This document shows positions 56,637 through 63,685 of a DNA stretch of 63,685 bases, piece by piece. Under the pieces are notes generated by a model that was given only the letters and a program-made list of their open reading frames with translations, was not told the origin of the DNA and searched no databases. The stretch is taken from contig CANQPC010000004.1 in NCBI GenBank assembly GCA_947625625.1, positions 1-63,685 on the forward strand, in the 5' to 3' direction. Position numbers and translations under genes: made by a program. The stretch is from an uncultured Bacilli bacterium. GTDB taxonomy: Bacteria; Bacillota_I; Bacilli_A; RF39; UBA660. How positions within the stretch are numbered: the stretch's first letter is position 1; the number at the start of each line of letters is the position of its first letter.

Positions 56637-57317
56637 TTAATTGTCTCTTCTCGTGAATATTAAAATGTATCTTAGTATTTCAAGTAATGTACTTAGGAGG
56701 GCTGCAACATAAGTGAAGGCCGCTGCTGAAAGAATTTTTTTAGCACCAGTTTTATCTTCATCAGTTACTAGTTTGTTTTTTTCTAACTCTTGTAGAGCTC
56801 TTTTTGATGCATTAAATTCAACTGGTAAGGTAATTAATTGGAAAGCTAACATTGCGAATAAAAGTATTATTCCAACTTCAATTAATGTGTAGGAAAAGAT
56901 AACTCCTAATAAGATAGATATATAACCAATTCTAGTGAAAATGTTTACAAATGGTACAATGCTGCTTCTTATTTTTAATGGTTTATAGTTGACTTTATCT
57001 TGAATAGCATGGCCGCATTCATGAGCCGCTACTGCGAGTGAAGCAATAGAGGAACCGTGATATATGTCTGTCGATAACTTGACAACTTTTCTTTTGGGAT
57101 CGTAGTGATCTGTTAAATTTCCTCTAGTTTCGAGGATCATGATGTCATCGAGATGGTTTTTATCAAGTATTGTTCTTGCGACATCAAAGCCAGTTAAGTC
57201 TTTACTATTTAATTTCTTTTTGTATTTACTATATGATGATGATATGATAATTTGAGAAATTAGTGTTATAATAAATGCTATCAAAATGAGTAAATAATTT
57301 AATTCAATACTTTTCAT
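56637..57317 (-). CDS. membrane zinc metallopeptidase (YugP/Zn_peptidase_2 family)
   Basis: HECGHAIQ zinc motif, N-terminal and C-terminal TM segments, NASKRA motif. Confidence 0.8.
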   Translation of the reverse strand: MKSIELNYLLILIAFIITLISQIIISSSYSKYKKKLNSKDLTGFDVARTILDKNHLDDIMILETRGNLTDHYDPKRKVVKLSTDIYHGSSIASLAVAAHECGHAIQDKVNYKPLKIRSSIVPFVNIFTRIGYISILLGVIFSYTLIEVGIILLFAMLAFQLITLPVEFNASKRALQELEKNKLVTDEDKTGAKKILSAAAFTYVAALLSTLLEILRYILIFTRRDN

Positions 57318-57327
57318 TTTTACCTCC

Positions 57328-58008
57328 TTATTGTTTAAAAATATTGAAAGGGTATGTATTTGGTGTATCTAGAGTAAACGTTAATTCTTCTTTGGTAATG
57401 GGGTGGGGAAATGATATGCTTTTTGAGAAGAGAGCAATATTTATGTTATTGGGATTTAGTCCGTATTTGGAATCTCCTACGAGAGGGAATCCTCTACTGG
57501 AAAACTGCACTCTTATTTGATGAGAACGACCAGTAAGTAGATTTATTTTGACTAAGGACATATTATTTTTTGAATCTATCACTTCATATTCTAATTTAGA
57601 ATATTTTCCTTTATCACTAGTCGTCACGTAACTAGTATTAGTTTTATTATCTTTAGTTAAGTAATCTTCTAATGTGCCTCTATGAGAAGGAACTTTGTTT
57701 ACAACGGCTAGATATGTTTTATGAAATTTGTTTTGTCTTATAAATTCACTTAAACGTGATGCGGCTTTTGACGTTTTGGCAAATACCATTATACCTGATA
57801 CTGGTCTATCGAGTCGATGTACTAAGCCAATATATGCTTCTCCTTTTTTATTTTCTTTTATCTTACGATATTTTTTGAGAATGGTAAGCATATCGATATC
57901 TTTACTTGAATCTTCTTGAACAGGAATATTAGCGGGCTTTTCTACGACTAATAAATGGTTGTCTTCGTAGATAATATTAATTTTGGGTAACTCTTCCATA
58001 GATACCAC
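57328..58008 (-). CDS. RluA-family pseudouridine synthase (no S4 domain)
   Basis: HRLDRPVSG catalytic Asp motif and GRSHQIRVQ. Confidence 0.85.
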   Translation of the reverse strand: MVSMEELPKINIIYEDNHLLVVEKPANIPVQEDSSKDIDMLTILKKYRKIKENKKGEAYIGLVHRLDRPVSGIMVFAKTSKAASRLSEFIRQNKFHKTYLAVVNKVPSHRGTLEDYLTKDNKTNTSYVTTSDKGKYSKLEYEVIDSKNNMSLVKINLLTGRSHQIRVQFSSRGFPLVGDSKYGLNPNNINIALFSKSISFPHPITKEELTFTLDTPNTYPFNIFKQ

Positions 58009-58837
58009 ATGGTAATATTAGATTATCTTCGGTAATTGGGAGAATATTTTCTCCGGTTTCGATATTTTTTCCTGTAAAATTCAATTTGAGAATGTTTTCA
58101 AGTGAAAGATGACTTATACCAGTAGTATAACTACTTACTAAAAGAAATGAGAAATCTTCATCTAATATGTCTTTTACTTTTAACAGTAATGTTTTGAAAT
58201 CATTTTCAAATTTCCATATTTCTTTGTTTGGGCCTCTTCCATAGCTAGGGGGATCCATAATAATTCCATGATAAGTTCTTCCTCTTCGTTTTTCTCTTTC
58301 AATAAATTTGAGAACATCATCAGTAATAAATCTTATTGTTTTGTTTTCCAGGTGACAAAGCTTCATATTTTCTTTGGCCCATTCATTAATGCTTTTAGAG
58401 GCGTCGACGTGAACGACTTCGGTTGCTCCAGCATTAGAGGCTACCATGGTAGCACAACCGGTATAAGCAAAGAGATTTAAAATACGCATTTCTTTGTGAT
58501 TTTGCATATATTCTCGGACTTTTTTTTCAATGAAATTCCAATTAGAAGATTGTTCTGGAAAGATGCCGGTATGTTTAAAATTAGTCGGAGATACTTTGAA
58601 TGTTAAATCATGATATTTAACTGTCCAATATTCGGGTAATTTTTTTTTAAATTCCCAATAGCCTCCACCATTTGGGCTTCGATGATAATAGCCATCATAA
58701 TTTTTCCAAGTGTCTTTTTTGTTCCAAATTATTTGTGGATCCGGTCTATTTAAAATAATGTTTCCCCAACGTTCTAATTTTTCTCCATCACCGGTCTTTA
58801 TACATTCATAATCTTGCCAGTCATTAATGGTATTCAT
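57977..58837 (-). CDS. class I SAM-dependent (RlmI/YwbD-like) methyltransferase
   Basis: LNLFAYTGCATM, VHVDASK, IIMDPPSYG motifs. Overlaps the downstream gene by 32 nt. Confidence 0.75.
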   Translation of the reverse strand: MNTINDWQDYECIKTGDGEKLERWGNIILNRPDPQIIWNKKDTWKNYDGYYHRSPNGGGYWEFKKKLPEYWTVKYHDLTFKVSPTNFKHTGIFPEQSSNWNFIEKKVREYMQNHKEMRILNLFAYTGCATMVASNAGATEVVHVDASKSINEWAKENMKLCHLENKTIRFITDDVLKFIEREKRRGRTYHGIIMDPPSYGRGPNKEIWKFENDFKTLLLKVKDILDEDFSFLLVSSYTTGISHLSLENILKLNFTGKNIETGENILPITEDNLILPCGIYGRVTQN

Positions 58838-58926
58838 TTTTCACCTCAAGTTAATTATATCATCTAATTAAAAATATTTAAAGTTTTTTATTTTGATAGT
58901 TATTTTATTTAGAAAAAAACCAAACA

Positions 58927-59310
58927 TTATTTTATTGCAATGTTTGGAGCTCCTTTTCTTGGTATTTCTTCTTTTGGAAAAGAAATTGTTAAAATGCCAT
59001 TTTCATAGCTGGCTTTGATATCGGACTCTTTCTTTTCTCCTATATAGAAACTTCTTTTTATTTCACCGTAAAATCTTTCTCTTCTTACGTATACTTCTGT
59101 TTTTAGTTCGGTATTTTTGATAGCTTTGATGGTTAGATAACCGTTTTCATAGTTAATAGTTATGTCTTCTTTTTTTAATCCTGGTAAATCAATTTCGATA
59201 ATATATTTATTTTGATATTCGCGTATGTCCGTTTTCATGTATTCACGTTCTTTTAAAAATGGAGAATCAATCAAAGTAAAATAATCATTTAGATAATATT
59301 TTGGTAACAT
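58927..59310 (-). CDS. Hsp20/alpha-crystallin small heat-shock protein
   Basis: DIREYQNKYIIEIDLPGLKKEDI...ENGILTISFPK alpha-crystallin domain. Confidence 0.88.
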   Translation of the reverse strand: MLPKYYLNDYFTLIDSPFLKEREYMKTDIREYQNKYIIEIDLPGLKKEDITINYENGYLTIKAIKNTELKTEVYVRRERFYGEIKRSFYIGEKKESDIKASYENGILTISFPKEEIPRKGAPNIAIK

Positions 59311-59360
59311 TATTAATCATCCTTTCCAGTTATAGTATTACTTAATTACTTGGTTTTATA

Positions 59361-59717
59361 CTAATTTTCAATAATTAAATTACTATTACCGAGAGGAAGA
59401 TAAAAGGCACTTCCAATTAAGATAAAGAATGTGGCTACGAGAAGTAATCCTTCTTGATTTTTTTCTTCTTCAGTTTCAGCTTCTTCATAACTTTGATAGG
59501 CATTTATAAAAAAATATACACTGATGATAAAGCCTAAATTTCGATTGAATTCATAGAGCTTATTGGCACTACGGTTACTAATACTTTTAATTTTTAAGAT
59601 ACTTTTTTTCTTTTCGGTAATTATATAAAAGGATATCATACTTTCAATGACAGTTAAAAAGAAAAAAATAATATCGATGTTTACTTGTTTTAATAATTTT
59701 TCTTTATCTATATTCAT
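59361..59717 (-). CDS. hypothetical membrane protein
   Basis: 118-aa ORF with 3 predicted TM segments. Confidence 0.5.
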   Translation of the reverse strand: MNIDKEKLLKQVNIDIIFFFLTVIESMISFYIITEKKKSILKIKSISNRSANKLYEFNRNLGFIISVYFFINAYQSYEEAETEEEKNQEGLLLVATFFILIGSAFYLPLGNSNLIIEN

Positions 59718-59748
59718 ATTAAATTATACAAAAAAAGAATGATAAATA

Positions 59749-60087
59749 TCATTCAATTTTAGTATTTATTTTAACATATTCTTCACGCATGATAGAAATT
59801 ATTCTAACAATAAAGTCTAAATCTTTATCGTGTAAATATTTACAATTTTCGATAATGTATTTCATTTTTTCGGTAGTTTCAATACTTCCTTCATCGACAT
59901 CGAGAAGTGAATTTAAATCAATATTAAATATTATGGCAATATTTTTTAGAATAGATGAAGTAGGCTCTGATTTACCAGTTTCAATTCTAGATAAATAATT
60001 ACGATTTATTTTTAGCATGTTAGATAATTCTTCTTGAGATATTTTTTTGTCTTTTCTTAAGAGTTTTATCTTTTCGCCTAATTTCAT
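59749..60087 (-). CDS. XRE-family HTH transcriptional regulator
   Basis: LGEKIKLLRKDKKISQEELSNMLKINRNYLSRIETGK. Confidence 0.8.
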   Translation of the reverse strand: MKLGEKIKLLRKDKKISQEELSNMLKINRNYLSRIETGKSEPTSSILKNIAIIFNIDLNSLLDVDEGSIETTEKMKYIIENCKYLHDKDLDFIVRIISIMREEYVKINTKIE

Positions 60088-60259
60088 AATACTACCTCCT
60101 AGGCAATTTTTATTATAATAAATTATTTGTTATTTGTAATAGTCTGCTAATATTATTACCAAAAATGATATAATTATTAACTTTATTTTCTTTTTGGAAA
60201 AGATATTTTACTTTTAAAAAACTCATGATATAATAATAGTGTTTTAGAAGGAGATTATT

Positions 60260-60553
60260 ATGACAAAAGAATATTTGGAAATGTTAGCAAAAAAACTTAT
60301 GTTTGAAATGAATGATAGTGAATATGAAACATTGCTTAAAGAATTTGATATAACATTAAAGCAGATGGAATTAATTGGAAAAATTAAAGGTATTGAAAAG
60401 GTAAGTCCGATGACATATCCGTTTGATTTGGAACTTGATGATTCTTGTATGAGGGAAGATAAGGAAGAAAATGAGATTACTTTCGAAGATATGGAAGTTA
60501 ATGTAAAAGATTTTGAAGATAGGCAAGTTAAACTTCCAAAGGTGGTGGAATAA
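60260..60553 (+). CDS. gatC: Asp/Glu-tRNA amidotransferase subunit C
   Basis: Size and position before gatA/gatB; ends ...FKLPKVVE-like. Confidence 0.85.
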   Translation: MTKEYLEMLAKKLMFEMNDSEYETLLKEFDITLKQMELIGKIKGIEKVSPMTYPFDLELDDSCMREDKEENEITFEDMEVNVKDFEDRQVKLPKVVE

Positions 60554-61989
60554 TGACTGATAGATTAATTGATGATATTAGAAAAGAACTAGATAGTGGG
60601 AAAATTACTAGTCAGGATTTATTTGATGAGGCTGTAAGGAAGGCCCATAAATATCAAGATGAATATAATTCTTTTGTAACGATTTTAGATAAAAAGGAAG
60701 AAGTAAAAGTAGATACTATACTAAGTGGGATTCCCTATGCTTTAAAAGATAATATATCGACAAAAGGAATACTTACAACTGCTTCATCTAATATATTAAA
60801 AGATTATATACCTTTATATGATGCTACTATTTATAAAAAGCTTAAGGAAGCAGGAGCGGTACTTATGGGTAAGACAGTACTAGATGAATTAGCAATGGGA
60901 GGTACTGGAACGACAGGACATACTGGCGTCGTTAAAAATCCATGGAATAAGGAGAGAATGATGGGAGGAAGTAGTGCTGGTAGTGCCTCTTCGGTAGCTC
61001 TTGGAATAGTTCCCTTTGCAATTGGTAGTGATACTGGTGATTCGATTAGAAAACCCGCTGCTTACGGTGGTATAGTCGGGTATAAGCCTACTTATGGAAG
61101 GATTTCTCGATATGGTCTTTTTGCTTTTGCATCTAGTTTGGATCATTTAGGGGTAATGGCAAGAAGTGTCAAAGATGTAAGCTATGTTATAGATATAGTT
61201 AAAGGACATGACGATAAAGATATGACAAGCTTACCAGATGAAGATATTAAATATATAGAGCATTTAGATGATAATATAAAGGGAAGAAAGTTATTTTATA
61301 TAAAAGATGCTTTGGAAATAGAAACTAGTAATGATGAATTAAAAGAAATAATCGATAATTTTTATTTGACAATTGAAAAAATGAAAAAACTTGGGGTGGA
61401 AATTGAAGAAGTTAATTTTGGAAAAGAATTACTCGAAGCTATATATCCTTCTTATAATGTTATTTCTTGTGCGGAAGCTACTTCGAATAACTCTAATCTA
61501 ACGGGCATTCCTTTTGGCAGTAGAATAGATGGTAAAAATGTCAACGATATTATGATGAAGACGAGAACGGAAGGATTTTCCGAACTTATTAAGAGAAGAT
61601 TTGTAATAGGAAGTTATGTTCTTCAAAAAGAGAATCAGGAAAAATTATTTTTAAATGCTTCGAGAGCTAGAAGATTGATTGTGAATAGAATGAACGAATT
61701 ATTTAAAGAGTACGACGGTCTTATTATGCCCGCTACTGAAAAAGTTGCTCCTCTATTTGATGAAGCTAGCGATAAGTTATCAGATGAATATTTGATTCTT
61801 GGGAATCATCTTTGCATTGCTAATTTTGGTGGTTTTCCTAGTATAACTATTCCATCGGGATTTGTGAAAGATATGCCGGTTGGAGTTAATATTACGGGAA
61901 GAGCAAAGGAAGACTACTTGGTACTTAATTTGGCGAATAAATTAGAAGAGGTATTAGGTTATAAAGGACAGGTGAAGAATAATGAGTAA
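60553..61989 (+). CDS. gatA: Asp/Glu-tRNA amidotransferase subunit A
   Basis: Amidase signature GGSSAGSASSVA...GSDTGDSIRKPAAY. Confidence 0.95.
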   Translation: MTDRLIDDIRKELDSGKITSQDLFDEAVRKAHKYQDEYNSFVTILDKKEEVKVDTILSGIPYALKDNISTKGILTTASSNILKDYIPLYDATIYKKLKEAGAVLMGKTVLDELAMGGTGTTGHTGVVKNPWNKERMMGGSSAGSASSVALGIVPFAIGSDTGDSIRKPAAYGGIVGYKPTYGRISRYGLFAFASSLDHLGVMARSVKDVSYVIDIVKGHDDKDMTSLPDEDIKYIEHLDDNIKGRKLFYIKDALEIETSNDELKEIIDNFYLTIEKMKKLGVEIEEVNFGKELLEAIYPSYNVISCAEATSNNSNLTGIPFGSRIDGKNVNDIMMKTRTEGFSELIKRRFVIGSYVLQKENQEKLFLNASRARRLIVNRMNELFKEYDGLIMPATEKVAPLFDEASDKLSDEYLILGNHLCIANFGGFPSITIPSGFVKDMPVGVNITGRAKEDYLVLNLANKLEEVLGYKGQVKNNE

Positions 61990-63403
61990 ATATATACCTG
62001 TAATTGGGCTTGAGGTTCACTGCGAACTTAAGAGTAATAGTAAAAATTTTAGTGCTGCTAAAAATGGTGAAGGGAAAGTTAATACTAATCTAACTGTTAT
62101 CGATATTGGATATCCTGGCATTCTTCCAGTAGTAAATAAGGAAGCTGTTAGAAAGTCACTTATGGTGGCATTAGCTCTTAACTGTGAAATACCAGAAAAA
62201 TTATCTTTTGATCGTAAAAATTATTATTATCCTGATTTACCTAAAGGATATCAGATTACGCAATTTGGAAATCCTATTGGAACTAATGGTTATGTAATGA
62301 TAAATGTCGATGGAGTGGAAAAAAAGATAAGTATTCACGATACGCATTTGGAAGAAGATACGGCGAATATGGAACATTTATCTAATTATTCGTTAATCGA
62401 TTATAATAGAGCGGGGGTTCCACTTTTGGAAACGGTTACGGAGCCTTGTATTAATTCTTCTAGAGAGGCTATTTTATATTTGGAAGCGTTAAGAAATATA
62501 TTTTTGTATTTAGATGTATCAGATGCAAGAGCGGATATGGGACAAATTAGAGTAGATGTCAACGTATCGTTGAAGAAGCCGGAAGACAAGGAGCTTGGAA
62601 CGAGAGTAGAAATGAAAAATATTAATTCATTTACGACTGTTAAGGAAGCAATCGAGGTTGAGATTAAAAGGCAGACAGAGATACTGGAAAATGGCGGAGT
62701 AATCGAGCAAGAAACGAGAAGATACGACGAAGTTAATAAGTGTACGAAATTTTTACGAGGAAAAGTTGATGCTATCGATTATAAATATTACCGAGAACCT
62801 AATTTACCAGAGATTAAACTTACAGATAATTTTGTAGATAGTGTCAAGAAAAGTATGCCAGTACTGGAATATGAGCGAAAGAAAAAATATACTAATCAAT
62901 ATGGCATAAGTGAAGTTGATGCTGGAACACTGACAAAAGATAAAAGATTATCTGATTATTTTGAAGAGGTTATTAGTAATAATGTTACTCCTAAAGATGC
63001 TTCAAATGTGATAGTGGGGTTCTTACTTGGATATTTGAATAAGAACAATATGAATATAAATGATATAGATATTTTACCAAAGGATTTTGGAGAAGTAATT
63101 AAGATGATGACGGAAGGAAAGATTTCAAATAAACAGGTTAAAGATATTCTTACTAAGTCGTTAGAGGAAAAGATAAATCCGTTGAAAATTGCTAAAGAAA
63201 TGGGAACACAAATTAGTGATAAAGAAGAAATTAGAAAAATTATAAATGAAGTATTTAATGAAAATCCTAAAGTAATTGATGACTATAAAAATGGTAAAAA
63301 TGTAACTGGGTTTATTATGGGGTTATTAATGAAAAAAACTTCTGGTAAAGTAAATCCGGGTGTAGCTAATATGGTGCTTAGAGAAGAACTGGAAAAATTA
63401 TAG
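61982..63403 (+). CDS. gatB: Asp/Glu-tRNA amidotransferase subunit B
   Basis: IGLEVHCEL, DRKNYYYPDLPKGYQITQ, NRAGVPLLE, EMKNINSF motifs; YqeY-like tail. Confidence 0.95.
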   Translation: MSKYIPVIGLEVHCELKSNSKNFSAAKNGEGKVNTNLTVIDIGYPGILPVVNKEAVRKSLMVALALNCEIPEKLSFDRKNYYYPDLPKGYQITQFGNPIGTNGYVMINVDGVEKKISIHDTHLEEDTANMEHLSNYSLIDYNRAGVPLLETVTEPCINSSREAILYLEALRNIFLYLDVSDARADMGQIRVDVNVSLKKPEDKELGTRVEMKNINSFTTVKEAIEVEIKRQTEILENGGVIEQETRRYDEVNKCTKFLRGKVDAIDYKYYREPNLPEIKLTDNFVDSVKKSMPVLEYERKKKYTNQYGISEVDAGTLTKDKRLSDYFEEVISNNVTPKDASNVIVGFLLGYLNKNNMNINDIDILPKDFGEVIKMMTEGKISNKQVKDILTKSLEEKINPLKIAKEMGTQISDKEEIRKIINEVFNENPKVIDDYKNGKNVTGFIMGLLMKKTSGKVNPGVANMVLREELEKL

Positions 63404-63685
63404 TTTATTGGGAAAATACCTCTACGAAAAGATTATAGATAATAGTTTGATTAATTTTGATGATATGAATTTAATCTTATAAGTGTCACTATTGTTAGAT
63501 AAAGTGAATGTTAAGTAAAAATAAAATGTATAAAGGATGATAATATTAAAAATAGATATCAACAGGTTATTGTTGATGTCTATTTTGGTATTTATTATAG
63601 AAAAATACGTAACTATTCAGACTCATGAATAAATAAACTATCAACAGAAATAGAATTTTTTGATTAAAAAATACTAAAAATTAAG

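Overview
The window is a very AT-rich chromosome segment from a low-GC, spore-forming Firmicute; spoIVA, spoVG, yabP/yabQ, spoVIF, veg and yabG are all present. All calls rest on motif recognition by eye and hand-indexed coordinates (about +/-2 nt), with no database search.

Most of the window is conserved housekeeping:
- rpsF-ssb-rpsR-rplI-dnaB
- an M23/LysM peptidase, an MBL-fold hydrolase and rlmH
- rsmA, divIC, ftsH and tilS
- tyrS with a T-box leader
- prfA-prmC and a class A PBP
- DUF1934-argS-rpoE, hup, spoIVA, der, engB, an hsp20 gene and gatCAB

Two mobile insertions stand out.
1. A ~5.5 kb integrative mobilizable element lies beside tRNA-Gly(UCC), at about 138-5670. It carries a MobV relaxase, a candidate oriT, a large serine recombinase and an XRE regulator. 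It is flanked by an imperfect direct repeat that reaches into the tRNA 3' end.
2. A 10.7 kb element (18032-28760) splits the sporulation protease gene yabG. It is bounded by the 8-bp core GATGGAGA, in the same codon phase at both junctions, so precise excision would rebuild an intact yabG. Two tandem large serine recombinase genes sit at its right end. This resembles the skin/sigK and SPbeta/spsM developmentally excised elements.

The cargo of the yabG element is the most unusual content. It is a tightly packed four-gene minus-strand operon:
- a C-terminally truncated RelA/SpoT homologue (HD-SYNTH-TGS) whose synthetase catalytic Glu is replaced by Gln
- an aldehyde-dehydrogenase-like / nucleotidyltransferase fusion
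- a second, E. coli-type arginyl-tRNA synthetase, distinct from the housekeeping argS at 43722
- an alkaline-phosphatase/NPP-family phosphodiesterase

Next to this operon is a mazF toxin gene inactivated by one nonsense codon. I do not recognise this gene combination as a described system.

A 628-aa protein with a PI3/4-kinase-like catalytic-loop signature (15779-17665) sits between rsmA and yabG and is also worth follow-up.
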